DNA of 64,000 nt from Planctomycetota bacterium (lineage in GTDB: Bacteria; Planctomycetota; GCA-002687715), in contig SIAO01000002.1 in NCBI GenBank assembly GCA_009691765.1, positions 154,415-218,414 of the forward strand, read 5' to 3'. Made by a program: the position numbers and the translations under genes. This document shows, piece after piece, positions 21,312-31,571 of the stretch. The first letter of the stretch is position 1. The number at the start of each line of letters is the position of its first letter. The notes under the pieces are model-generated. The model was given only the letters and a program-made list of their open reading frames with translations. It was not told where the DNA came from and did no database searches.

Positions 21312-23522
21312 ATGGGCTCCTTCTTTGGCGCACCGGCAATGTTGTGGTGGGGCCTCGCGGCTTCCGTGCCCATTCTCATCCATCTTTTCTCGCGCCAGCG
21401 CTATCAGAAGCTGCCGTGGGCCGCGATGGAGTTCTTGCGCCGTGCCTTCAAGAAGACGCGGCGGCGCGTGCGCCTCGAGCATCTGCTGATCCTGCTCTTG
21501 CGCGTGTTAGCGCTGCTGCTGTTGGCGCTGGCTTTGGCGGAACCACTCCGCGATGTGGCCAGCCTCCTTGGAGGCGAACGGCGCGAACTGGTTTTGATCT
21601 TGGACGACAGCTTCTCCATGGCTGTTGAAGAGCCCGACGGATCTACGCCGTTCACGCGCGCGCGTGCGAAAGCCGTAGCGCTCGTCAACGAACTTCGTGG
21701 CGACCGAGGCGACAGCGTCAGCGTGCTGCTCGCGGGGCGTCCCGTGCGCTTGCTGCGCAAGGCCAGTGCTGAACTCGACAAGAGCGCCGCAGAACTTGGC
21801 AGGCTCGAAGTGAGCGACCTCGCCACAGATCTCGGCGGAGCACTCTCCACCGCCTCTGCTCTGCTCGAATCACTGCCTGAAGGCGTAGAAGTCGTGGTGC
21901 TCTCGGATGTGCAGAAGACCGCCTTCGGTGACAGCACCTCAGAAGCGGTGGCGCGCGACTTGGCGCTCGCGGCACGCGCGATCACAGCGCGCAAAGGCAC
22001 GCTGCGTTTCGTTCTGCCTCGCACAGGCAACAGCGACAACCTCGCACTGACCGCGCTGGAATGCCGCGAACGCAGTGTCATCGCGGGACGCGCGGCGCGC
22101 ATGGTGGCCACGCTCACGAACTACTCCGACAAGCCGCAATCAGGCACGGTGCGCTTTCACGCCGACGGCGCCACCGAGCCTTTTGAATCTCGCGAGATCG
22201 AAGCGCTGCGGCCCGGTGCTTCAGAAAGCGTGGACGCGCGTGTGATGTTCAGCGCGGCGGGCAGCCATGTCGTAGAAGCACATTTCGCAACCGACGCACT
22301 CGCGCCAGACAATCGTCGCGCGCTCGCACTCGATGTTCGCAGCGACATCCGCGTGCGCATCGTGGATGGCGAACCTTCTGCAGAGGCCGGCGAAGAAGAG
22401 TCGTTCTTCCTTGCTGCGGCTCTCGACCCCGGCATCGAAGGTGTGCGCTCCCCCTTCGAAGTGCAGGTGTTGGACGAAGGACGCTTTGAACAAACCGCGC
22501 TCAAGGGCGTGGACATCGTCGTTCTCATGAACACGAGCACGCTCTCGCCGCGCAAGGCCGAAGATCTGCGCAACTTCGTGACGGCTGGTGGCGCACTGTG
22601 GGTTTTCCCGGGTGATCGCACGCAACCCGAAACTCTGAACACGCTCTTATTCCAAGAAGGCAACGGACCTTTGCCCGCCGCCATCGCAGGACCTACCTTG
22701 GTTGCGCCGACAGACTCCAGTTTCCGTTTGAGTGGGCCCGATCCGATGCCGTCAGAGCTCGCCTACTTTGCCGACAAAGATGTGGCCTCATGGCTCGGGC
22801 GCGCGCCGATTCACAAGCACTGGCGCCTCGAAGCGCCCAAAGCCCCAAGACAGCAACGCGTTCTTCTCAACCTCGCTCCTCAAGATGGCAGCATTGCGGC
22901 GCAACCCGCACTCGTGGTGAATCGCTTCGGAGCGGGTCGTACTGCGTTGTTCGCTTTCAGTGGCGATCAAGAGTGGAGCGATCTGCCTGCCTTCCCCACC
23001 TTTGTGCTGCTCGCTCGCGAAATGGCTTGGTGGCTGAGCGAACATGTTTCCAGTGGCGACAACTTGTTGGCTGGCAGTTCGTGGCGGTACTCACTGCGTG
23101 GTCGCGTGAAGGAAGCGCTCTTGGCTCATGAAGGCGGCACGGCTGTGGTGTTGCGCCCACTGCGCCATGAAGGCGCTCAGCATGAAGAACTGCAAAGCGA
23201 CACTCTGCTGCGCGCGCGGCTCTGGCGCGCCGATCTCATCCCGCACCCGGGTGAGACTCTCGAAGACACGTCTCCACGCTGGGTCGCGGTGAATGTGGAT
23301 TGCAGCGAATCCGATTTGCACCGCGCCGATGAAGCCTGGCTCCGCACCGTGTTCGGCGTAGAAACCCAATTCGAGAGCGAGGGGCGTGAGCCAGAAACGG
23401 TGACACGCGCTTCCGCCGCAGAACATGCGTGGTGGTGGCTGCTGTTCGGCGCACTGCTCGCACTCTTGGCAGAAACGGCTTTGTCGCAATGGTTCGGCGC
23501 ACGCGCGGAGGCCAAGGCATGA
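21312..23522 (+). CDS. BatA N-terminal double-TM, vWA, Ig/CARDB-like and GATase-like membrane protein
   Basis: PILIHL..WAAMEFL (BatA), DDSFSM MIDAS, LSD, DALAPDNRR, WSDLP, VNVD..ESDL, C-terminal TM. Confidence 0.85.
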   Translation: MGSFFGAPAMLWWGLAASVPILIHLFSRQRYQKLPWAAMEFLRRAFKKTRRRVRLEHLLILLLRVLALLLLALALAEPLRDVASLLGGERRELVLILDDSFSMAVEEPDGSTPFTRARAKAVALVNELRGDRGDSVSVLLAGRPVRLLRKASAELDKSAAELGRLEVSDLATDLGGALSTASALLESLPEGVEVVVLSDVQKTAFGDSTSEAVARDLALAARAITARKGTLRFVLPRTGNSDNLALTALECRERSVIAGRAARMVATLTNYSDKPQSGTVRFHADGATEPFESREIEALRPGASESVDARVMFSAAGSHVVEAHFATDALAPDNRRALALDVRSDIRVRIVDGEPSAEAGEEESFFLAAALDPGIEGVRSPFEVQVLDEGRFEQTALKGVDIVVLMNTSTLSPRKAEDLRNFVTAGGALWVFPGDRTQPETLNTLLFQEGNGPLPAAIAGPTLVAPTDSSFRLSGPDPMPSELAYFADKDVASWLGRAPIHKHWRLEAPKAPRQQRVLLNLAPQDGSIAAQPALVVNRFGAGRTALFAFSGDQEWSDLPAFPTFVLLAREMAWWLSEHVSSGDNLLAGSSWRYSLRGRVKEALLAHEGGTAVVLRPLRHEGAQHEELQSDTLLRARLWRADLIPHPGETLEDTSPRWVAVNVDCSESDLHRADEAWLRTVFGVETQFESEGREPETVTRASAAEHAWWWLLFGALLALLAETALSQWFGARAEAKA

Positions 23523-25900
23523 ACCCCGCCGAGCGTGAAACTGCTGGCTTCGTGCTGCTCGGCGCCCCTGCTGCATGGGTGATCGTGCTGCTGATCGTTC
23601 CAGCTTTGATCGGCTTCACAGCGCTTTTCTATCGCCTCGGACGTGACCCTTCGCGCAAAGCTCGCTTGTTCCTTGCCAGCTTGCGCGCAGTCGTGGTGCT
23701 GGTTTTGGCTGCGCTATTGATGGACCCCGCATTCGAATCGCAAATCGTCGAACGCAAACCTGTGTTGACCGTCGTGCTCGCAGATTCCAGCGCTTCCATG
23801 CGCACCAAAGACGACTACGCGCAAGTTCCAAACTTAGCGAGCGCAGTGCGCGCAGCAGCATCCCTCGACGCAACAACGCCCTTGGGCGGTGTAGAGCGCA
23901 TCGAGCTCGCACGGCGCGTCCTCGATGACGGTAGTGAGAAGAGTTTCTTGAAGGAGCTGGCGAAGAAACATCCGCTGAAACTCTTGGGCTTCGGCGAACG
24001 CGTCACGCCCGCAACCAGCTTTGCCAGCTTGCAAGCAGACGAACGCGCCACAGCGATTGGTCTCGCGCTGCAACGCACCTTCGACGACCCGGAAGTGAAG
24101 AGCAGCCCGGTCGGGAGCATCGTGCTCATCAGCGATGGTCGCAACACAGCGGGCCCCTTACCGACGGACTTTGTGGAGCTCGCACGCAATCGGCGCATTC
24201 CGATCCACTGCGTGGGTGTCGGCGACCCTTCCGCGCTGCGCAATCTCAAGATCGTCAGTGTGCTTGCCCCGGCGGTGGCGCTGCTGCAAGACAGTGTGGT
24301 CATCGAAACGCGCGTGCGCCAACGCGGGTTAGACGGCGCCGCGGCCACACTGCGTCTGCTCGTCGATGGCAATGTGGTTGAACAGAAAGAGTTCAGCTTC
24401 GGCGACGCGGACCAAGACCAAGTAGTGCGCTTGATGCACAGGCCGACGCGTGTGGGCCAGCAAGAATGGGTGCTGGAGCTGGTGCCACAGCCGGGCGAAG
24501 CCGACACTGCCGACAACCGCCGCACTGTGCCCATCTTGGTGAAAGACGAACGCATCAAAGTCTTGTATGTCGAAACCTATCCGCGCTGGGAGTACGCCAC
24601 GCTGAAAGATTTCCTCACCCGTGGCGAAGATGCATTCGAAACACACTGCCACCTCATCGATGCCGACCGCGGCTTCCCGCAAGAGTCTTCGGCGCGTTTA
24701 CCACCACTGCGCGAACTGCCAGAAGCACCCGAGGATTTGTTCAGCTACGACGTGATCATCTTTGGTGATGTCGACCCCGAGGGCCTTGGCCACGGCGACC
24801 CCGAGCGCGCGCGTCGTTTCCAACAGAATCTGCGCACCTTCGTCGAACAAGGCGGCGGCTTCATCATGCTGAGTGGCGAGCGTTTCTCGCCTGGCGCATG
24901 GAAAGACACGCCCATCGCCGAAGTGCTGCCCATCATCATCGACCCCTCGGAAGTCAGCGCATCCAGCGGTGATTCCGGTTTCCATCTGCGTCTCACAGAA
25001 CTCGGACGCGAGCATCCTGTGATGCAGATCGTCGAAGACCCGCTGCGCAACCGCACTATCTGGGAAGGTGGCGACGACCCGCTGGCACTCGCGCCGCTGT
25101 GGTGGTTCGCCGCGGTGAAGAAAACGAAACCGGGCGCGATGGCGCTGGCGCTGCACTCCAGCGCTTCCAACTTGCACGGGCCCCATGTGTTGATCGCCAC
25201 GGGCACCTATGGCGAAGGCCCAGTGATCTTCTCAGCGCTCGATGAAATGTGGCGTTGGTACCGCGATCAAGGCCCCTTCTCGCATCATCGCTTCTTCGGC
25301 AACCTCGTGCGCCACGCTGCGCGCACGCGCCTGCTCGCAGGCGACAAACGCTTCCGCTTGAACGCCGATCGCAGTGAAGTTGAACAAGGCGCGCGCCTGA
25401 GCCTCGCCGCCTCTGTCAAAGACCACGCCTTCTTGCCCGCGACCAGAGAAACTCAAGAAGTTGTGCTGCGCGAGCCCACAGGGCGCGAACGCCGCGAGCT
25501 CTTGCACCGCGTAGAAAACGGCAAGTACGAACGCGCTTTCACTGTGGGTGAACTCGGAGAATGGAGCGCGTGGCTGCCGAGCGAAGACGGATTGAGTGAC
25601 GAGCGCATTGCGCCCCTCACATTCCGTGTGGTGCTCGCTGACGCTGAGCAGCGCGAACCCGTCATGGATGAGCAGCAACTGCGTGCGTTAGCCAGTGCCA
25701 CCGGCGGGCGCTACGTCGGCCTCGAAGGAGCACGCGAACTCTTGAGCAGCGCGGCCTCGGGCACGGTGGAAATCCCAAGGCAGCGCCGCGTGTTGCGTTT
25801 GCGCGACAGTGACAGCCCTTGGCTGCACTGGATTCCGGCCATTCTTGTGACGCTCCTCGGTATTGAGTGGATGGTGCGCAAACGCCATAGACTCATCTAA
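23519..25900 (+). CDS. vWA plus Ig plus glutamine-amidotransferase-like membrane protein
   Basis: Two N-terminal TMs, DSSASM, ISDGR, KVLYVETYPRWEY, YDVIIFGDVDP, LASATGG, C-terminal TM ending EWMVRKR. Confidence 0.82.
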   Translation: MNPAERETAGFVLLGAPAAWVIVLLIVPALIGFTALFYRLGRDPSRKARLFLASLRAVVVLVLAALLMDPAFESQIVERKPVLTVVLADSSASMRTKDDYAQVPNLASAVRAAASLDATTPLGGVERIELARRVLDDGSEKSFLKELAKKHPLKLLGFGERVTPATSFASLQADERATAIGLALQRTFDDPEVKSSPVGSIVLISDGRNTAGPLPTDFVELARNRRIPIHCVGVGDPSALRNLKIVSVLAPAVALLQDSVVIETRVRQRGLDGAAATLRLLVDGNVVEQKEFSFGDADQDQVVRLMHRPTRVGQQEWVLELVPQPGEADTADNRRTVPILVKDERIKVLYVETYPRWEYATLKDFLTRGEDAFETHCHLIDADRGFPQESSARLPPLRELPEAPEDLFSYDVIIFGDVDPEGLGHGDPERARRFQQNLRTFVEQGGGFIMLSGERFSPGAWKDTPIAEVLPIIIDPSEVSASSGDSGFHLRLTELGREHPVMQIVEDPLRNRTIWEGGDDPLALAPLWWFAAVKKTKPGAMALALHSSASNLHGPHVLIATGTYGEGPVIFSALDEMWRWYRDQGPFSHHRFFGNLVRHAARTRLLAGDKRFRLNADRSEVEQGARLSLAASVKDHAFLPATRETQEVVLREPTGRERRELLHRVENGKYERAFTVGELGEWSAWLPSEDGLSDERIAPLTFRVVLADAEQREPVMDEQQLRALASATGGRYVGLEGARELLSSAASGTVEIPRQRRVLRLRDSDSPWLHWIPAILVTLLGIEWMVRKRHRLI

Positions 25901-25905
25901 CTGTC

Positions 25906-28900
25906 ATGCGCCACGCGCTGTTGCTGCTGTTCTTCGCAAGCTGCCTCGCAGCTCAGAGTCTCTCCACCGCGCAAGCCACGGTGCCTGATGATCCGGTCGT
26001 GCAGCAATTGCTGTTGAAGGCCGATGAGGCGCTCGCACAGCAAGACTTGAATCGCGCGCTCGCACACTGGCAAGACATTCTTGACCGCCTCGGTTCCAAG
26101 GTGATTCAGGTAACGAAGGGCGAGCGCAGTCAGCACCCGACCGATCCCACAGTGGCGGGCGATCTCTTTCGCGGCGTGCGTGGCCATGTGATGGAACGCT
26201 TGCGCCAGTTGAACGCAGAACAGTTCGCCGTATACGTGCAGAAAATGGAACCCAAGGCGCGTGAACTGCTGCAACGCGGTATCGCAGCCTTCGACGAAGC
26301 AGCGTTGCGCGATGCAGCTTCGCGCTGGTTGCTCACACCGTCAGGACAAGCCGCTGCCTTCACGCTGCTCGATTTGCTGCTCGAACAAGGGCGTTTCGAT
26401 GAAGCGCTGTTGCAAGCGCAGCGCTTGGAAGTGGATCTGCGCACTTTCGGCGCAAGCGTCGCGACGCAACTGAATGCCACCGCACGCATGGCGCTGGCAC
26501 TGCGCGGGCTCGGACGCCGCGCTGCGTTAGAGGAACTGGTTGTCCGCTTCAGCGGCGCAGAGCAGGCTCAAGCGCTGCAAGTGCTGGGGAAGTCGCTCCC
26601 TGCCGCGGACTGGTTTCTCTCCCTCAGCCAAGAGCTTCCGCCAAGCGCTCCAACAGCAACCATCGCGTTCCCGCCTCTCGACGTCGTGCGGCGGCGCATG
26701 TGGGCCACCGAGTATCAGCGGAACAATGAAGCCCGCGAGCTGTTCGTGTTCGATGAACGCGAAGTGAACGCGCGCGTAGGTTGGTTCCCCGTCATGCCTA
26801 GCGTGCAGGGCGCTTCGGTGTACTGGAGCGACGGACTCACCCTGACGTGCGGCTCAATGTTCACGGGCACGGAACTCTGGCCCGCAGTGCATGGCCCGCA
26901 AAACCGCCACGCTGGACGCCGCAATCGCAATCTCTTGTTCCGCGTTGTGGTGGATGGTGATCTTGCCGTCGCGAGCCTCGAAGGTCCGCCATCGTCCAAA
27001 GCACAACGTGCATGGCAAGGCTTCGAGACCATTGAAGCCATTCCCAATCGCAAACTCGTGGCGGTGGATTCCGCAACGGGCGTGCAGCGTTGGAGTCACC
27101 ACACACCCGGCGAGATGCCGCGTGAAGACCGCGATTTCTTGCGCCGCCTCAGCATCGTGCAGCCTCCGGTCGCGCGAGGCAACACGTTTTATGCCACAGG
27201 CACTGTGCTGCTCGGTGTGTTCCATCACTGGGCCTTGGCCATCAACCGCAACACGGGCGCACTACTGTGGCGCACATACCTCGGCGCGGGCCAACTCGAA
27301 CTGAACATGTTTGGCAATCCTGTGAAAGAGGCTGTGCCGCTGCCTCTCACAGAAGCCGACGGCGTGCTTTATTGCTGCACCAACATGGGCGTATTCTGCG
27401 CTGTCGACGCGCTCACCGGGACGCTGCTTTGGGCGAGCACCTATGCACAAGAGGGCATTCCTGGAACCGATTCGCCTGTCACTTACGAGCGCCATCCTGG
27501 TTGGGTGCCTGCCGCTCCAGTCGTGCACGGTTCGCGCGTCTATGCCGCACCGCTCGATGCGTTGACCGTAGTGGCCTTCGAGCGCGACAACGGCAAGGTG
27601 CAAGCCTTTCCCGCGACGCGCCGCACGCTGGCGAATCCCAACACTTGGTTTCTTGGTTTGCACCGTGGCGCACTCTTGGTGGCCGGCAATGTCATCAGCG
27701 CAGTCGATCCCGATTCAGGCGCGCTACGCTGGCGCAGTGTGGAAATCCCGGCGCGCTCTGGACGAGCTGTGTTTGAGGGCTTCCCCAGCGTCGTCGGTGA
27801 CAGCGTGTGGGCCGCCATCGCCGATCCGCGCACGCGTGGCAGCGCCATTCATCGCTACGCCCTCGACGGTGGCGCATTGCTCGAACAAAACGAAGCACGC
27901 GATCAGTCACTGCTCGGCAATCTTGTGGTGACGCCAGAAGCCTTGATCATCGCCAGCGAAGACAGCGTCGCTGTGTGCTTCGACCGCGAGGAAGTGGAAG
28001 CGCGATTAATGCGCGAAGCGCGTTCAGCAGGGGCCAGCTCTGCCACGCATCTGCGTCTCGGCGAACTCCTCTCGCGCAAACCTGATCACATCGGCGCCAT
28101 CGCCGCTTTCGAAGCCGCCCTCGCCGCTGCCGAACGCAGCGCCGATGCTGCCGCGCGCGCCGCGGCCAAACATGCGCTCTTTGAAGCTTGGCTGAACGCC
28201 GCCACAGCGCGCCGTGACTTGCCCACGGGCATCACGCCTGAAGTCTGTTTCGAGCGTGCGCTTGGCCATGCGACGGATGCACGCGCGAAAGCCCGCGTGC
28301 TGTTGGCCGCTCTCGATGCAGCGCTGCGCGATCAAAACCATCAAGCCGCCATCCAGCAGTGCGACGCGATCCTTGCAAGTGTTGCTGACGAACCCGCCAC
28401 TCCACTCGGACGCTTGGTCGAACTCCTCGGCCGAGATTCCCCTGATGTGGCTGTTCCAGCAGGGCTGCTTGCTGCACTCGCTGCCGCGCGAGTGACTGAG
28501 ACCGCTGGCGACACACGCATGGCCGCACGCCGCTGGCAAAATGTGCGCGAACGCTATGGCCGTCAGTTTTTGAACGGCGAAACGGTGCGCTCGGTGGCTT
28601 CGCGCGCCTTGCAAGCACTGCTCACGCTCGCTGGCCGCGCTGCCTACACAGAAGTCGAGGAACAAGCCCAGAAGCGTTTTGCAGCGGCATCAGCCGCGCA
28701 AGACGAGCAAGGACTGCGCACCGTCGTCGAGAACTGGCCAGAGTCTGCAGTGGCACTCGAAGCTCACGCGGCTCTTGTGAAGCTGTTGATACAGCACGGG
28801 AAATCCGTCGAAGCCGTCTTGGAATTGCAGCACCAATTCCGCGATCGCGGCAACGCGCCTGTTGCTCAAGTGGCGCTCTACGCCGAGCTCTTGGGCTCGC

Positions 28901-30285
28901 TCGAGCTTCCTGACAGCGCGCGCGAAGTGGCGCAACGTCTCGCATGCTTTGGCAACGCCGATGTGGGAGGCCGCAGCGCAACGCAAGCCGCACAACCATT
29001 CCTCACGCCAGCCGCACCCGTCAGCACTGCAAGTGGCATCGTGCCCGACAATCTGCAAACGGCGTGGCGCTACGGCAGTGCCGCCGCAGACACGCCAGCG
29101 GCAGTACTGATTCCCGCAGGAGCCCCGCTCCCAGCACACATGGTGCTCGGTTACGTGGACGAGTCCTTGGTCGCATTGAATGTTGAAGATGGCTCCGTGC
29201 TTTGGGCGCGGCCGATGCAGGAATTGCAATCACCGCTCCATGCCGCCGACGGACGCTTGCTGCTACATCACGACGGGTTGCTCGCTTGCTTAGATCTGCG
29301 CAGTGGCCGCGAACTCTGGCGCGCGGTGGGCGAACAGTTTCAATTCTTGGCCGCAGCAACTCATGAAGGGCTGGTCTTGGCACTCGCTCGCACTCTCGAC
29401 CGCGGAGCAGCGTTGCGCTTGCTCAGTTACGACTGGATCAGTGGTCAGTTGGTGCATTCTGTGCCTGCGAGCGATGTCGATCGCGGTGGTTTGCAGTTCA
29501 ACGCTGGCATGGTGCTCGTCATCACGGACGGCCCCGAAGGGAGCCGCGTCTTTGATGTGCTCTCCCTCGCGCCAGTCGGCGGAGCGGCCCCAAGCACGCA
29601 CGAAAGTGCCGCACCTTTCCTCAGCAACGCTGGGCTGCTCATCACCTTTACAAGCGAGCGGCAACGGACGGCCGCCGCGCTCACCATCCGCGCCAAGGAC
29701 CCGCACACAGGCGCCGAGATCTGGAAGCACGAGCCCGGCAGCGGCCACTGCGCGACCACAGGTTCGGACGGCCGCTATCTCGCCTATCAATTCAGTCCTG
29801 CGCGTGGCAGCCAAGGCCGCCGCTTGACGGTGCTGGACTTGAAGGACGGCACCAGTTGCGTTTCTGCAGCTCTCGAACGCAACGAAATCGTGGTTGGCGC
29901 TTCGGTGTTTGTCGGACAACGCATGTATCAACCACAGCGCCTTGTGTTCACCGCTGGCACTGGCCTCGCCGAGCGCGTGAAGGCGTACGACTTGGACACC
30001 GGGGCTTCGCCTTGGTCCAGCGCAGATTTCACCGGCCCAAACCTCTCCCTCCGCGTCTTGCCTTTGGCCGATGTGGTGTTGCTGCGCAAGAGCGTGGCTG
30101 GCGGACGCGGTTTGCGCACGCCCGCTTCCACCCTGTACGGCATCGATCCGATCAGCGGGGCGGTGACAGGCGTCACGGAACTGGGCAGCATCGCGAATTG
30201 GAGCCAAGACGTAGGACTCACGGCATGCGGACGCACCCTCGTGGCCACCGCCGGCGCTCAGCTCATTGCGCTGCGCGCACCATAA
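25906..30285 (+). CDS. Secreted protein with PQQ-type (BamB-like) beta-propeller repeats and TPR-like helices
   Basis: Signal peptide; repeated (A/C)xDxxTGxxxW blades in two clusters separated by Ala-rich helical repeats. Confidence 0.8.
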   Translation: MRHALLLLFFASCLAAQSLSTAQATVPDDPVVQQLLLKADEALAQQDLNRALAHWQDILDRLGSKVIQVTKGERSQHPTDPTVAGDLFRGVRGHVMERLRQLNAEQFAVYVQKMEPKARELLQRGIAAFDEAALRDAASRWLLTPSGQAAAFTLLDLLLEQGRFDEALLQAQRLEVDLRTFGASVATQLNATARMALALRGLGRRAALEELVVRFSGAEQAQALQVLGKSLPAADWFLSLSQELPPSAPTATIAFPPLDVVRRRMWATEYQRNNEARELFVFDEREVNARVGWFPVMPSVQGASVYWSDGLTLTCGSMFTGTELWPAVHGPQNRHAGRRNRNLLFRVVVDGDLAVASLEGPPSSKAQRAWQGFETIEAIPNRKLVAVDSATGVQRWSHHTPGEMPREDRDFLRRLSIVQPPVARGNTFYATGTVLLGVFHHWALAINRNTGALLWRTYLGAGQLELNMFGNPVKEAVPLPLTEADGVLYCCTNMGVFCAVDALTGTLLWASTYAQEGIPGTDSPVTYERHPGWVPAAPVVHGSRVYAAPLDALTVVAFERDNGKVQAFPATRRTLANPNTWFLGLHRGALLVAGNVISAVDPDSGALRWRSVEIPARSGRAVFEGFPSVVGDSVWAAIADPRTRGSAIHRYALDGGALLEQNEARDQSLLGNLVVTPEALIIASEDSVAVCFDREEVEARLMREARSAGASSATHLRLGELLSRKPDHIGAIAAFEAALAAAERSADAAARAAAKHALFEAWLNAATARRDLPTGITPEVCFERALGHATDARAKARVLLAALDAALRDQNHQAAIQQCDAILASVADEPATPLGRLVELLGRDSPDVAVPAGLLAALAAARVTETAGDTRMAARRWQNVRERYGRQFLNGETVRSVASRALQALLTLAGRAAYTEVEEQAQKRFAAASAAQDEQGLRTVVENWPESAVALEAHAALVKLLIQHGKSVEAVLELQHQFRDRGNAPVAQVALYAELLGSLELPDSAREVAQRLACFGNADVGGRSATQAAQPFLTPAAPVSTASGIVPDNLQTAWRYGSAAADTPAAVLIPAGAPLPAHMVLGYVDESLVALNVEDGSVLWARPMQELQSPLHAADGRLLLHHDGLLACLDLRSGRELWRAVGEQFQFLAAATHEGLVLALARTLDRGAALRLLSYDWISGQLVHSVPASDVDRGGLQFNAGMVLVITDGPEGSRVFDVLSLAPVGGAAPSTHESAAPFLSNAGLLITFTSERQRTAAALTIRAKDPHTGAEIWKHEPGSGHCATTGSDGRYLAYQFSPARGSQGRRLTVLDLKDGTSCVSAALERNEIVVGASVFVGQRMYQPQRLVFTAGTGLAERVKAYDLDTGASPWSSADFTGPNLSLRVLPLADVVLLRKSVAGGRGLRTPASTLYGIDPISGAVTGVTELGSIANWSQDVGLTACGRTLVATAGAQLIALRAP

Positions 30286-30340
30286 TGTTGTGCCCCGCGG
30301 AGGCGTGAGCCGCGGTGGGTTTGTGGCAAACTACGCCGGG

Positions 30341-31528
30341 ATGTTTATGCCCTCAAAACGTTTTTTCAATGTTGGTTGGGTTGCTGCTGCGTTCCTGCTC
30401 GGAGCCAGTGGACTGGCTTTCACCTACCGCGCCACGGATGTTGCGCCGAGCACGAGCAGCAACACCGCAAACGCGCACTCGGCACTGCCGACATCTGGGC
30501 CACGCACCAAGACCGCCGACCCCGAACGCGTGCGCCGCGCCGTCGACAAAGGCCTCACATGGCTACGCCGTGCGCAAGACAAAACTACAGGCGCGTGGGT
30601 AGAAAACATTGGCTACAAACTGAACTCTGAGTTTGTGGTCACCGAAGCCAGCAAGCCGCACGTTGGAGTCACTTCCCTCGCGCTCATGGCGTTCCTCTCC
30701 GGAGGTCACTTGCCAGGCCGCGGGCAATACGCAGATGTCGTCGAGCGCGGCATCGACTTCGTGCTCTCCAGCGTCGACGCTGAGACGGGCTACATCAGTC
30801 GTGACGGTACGCGCATGTACAGCCACGCTTTCGCCACACTGCTGTTGGCGGAGGTCTACGGCATGACTCACCGCGAAGACTTGAAAGAGAAGTTGCAGCG
30901 CGCGGTGGATGTGACCGTGAAGTCGCAGAACTCCCACGGAAGCTGGCGCTACTTGCTCTACTCCAGCGAATCGGACATGAGCATCACCGTATGCCAAATC
31001 ATGGCGTTGCGTGCCGCGCGCAACAAAGGCATCCGCGTGCCCAAGACTGTGATCGACCGTGCCTACGACTATGTCGTGCGCAGTGCCTACAAAAACCCCG
31101 CCTCACCGGAGTACGGCGGCTTCAAGTATCAAGAGAAGGACCGCTCGCGCACGTCGTTTGCACTGACCAGCGCGGGTGTCGCCACGCTGTACCACTCTGG
31201 AGTCTATGAGCATCAGCTCATCCAAGCAGGGCTGCAATATCTGCGCAACGAAATCGCCGAAGTCAGCCGCCACTACGGTGGGCGCCAAGGCCACTACTTT
31301 TATTGGTACGGGCACTACTACGCTTGCCAAGTGTTCTTCATGGCAGGCAACGACAATGCGGATCTGTGGCAGTTTTATTGGGACCGCATGAGCCGAGAAT
31401 TGCCGGACAACCAAGAAGCCGATGGCTCGTGGAACAACCTCGTCGGGCCCGGGCCCGCGTTCTCCACCGCTGTGGCCAGCATCATTTTGCAGATCCCCAA
31501 CCAATACCTACCCATTTTGCACCGCTAG
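30341..31528 (+). CDS. Prenyltransferase/squalene-oxidase-repeat (alpha/alpha barrel) exported protein
   Basis: QW-type repeats (AQDKTTGAW, SQNSHGSW, NQEADGSW), MYSHAFAT, DMSIT; N-terminal hydrophobic segment; no DXDD motif. Start 30341 or 30347. Confidence 0.82.
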   Translation: MFMPSKRFFNVGWVAAAFLLGASGLAFTYRATDVAPSTSSNTANAHSALPTSGPRTKTADPERVRRAVDKGLTWLRRAQDKTTGAWVENIGYKLNSEFVVTEASKPHVGVTSLALMAFLSGGHLPGRGQYADVVERGIDFVLSSVDAETGYISRDGTRMYSHAFATLLLAEVYGMTHREDLKEKLQRAVDVTVKSQNSHGSWRYLLYSSESDMSITVCQIMALRAARNKGIRVPKTVIDRAYDYVVRSAYKNPASPEYGGFKYQEKDRSRTSFALTSAGVATLYHSGVYEHQLIQAGLQYLRNEIAEVSRHYGGRQGHYFYWYGHYYACQVFFMAGNDNADLWQFYWDRMSRELPDNQEADGSWNNLVGPGPAFSTAVASIILQIPNQYLPILHR

Positions 31529-31571
31529 CTGCGCGGCGGGAACTTTCCTTCGCGCCGTACGACCAAACACC

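Noticed and set aside
30341..31528. Squalene-hopene cyclase or terpene biosynthetic cluster
   Set aside because: Single barrel, no DXDD, has an export signal, and no hpn genes nearby.
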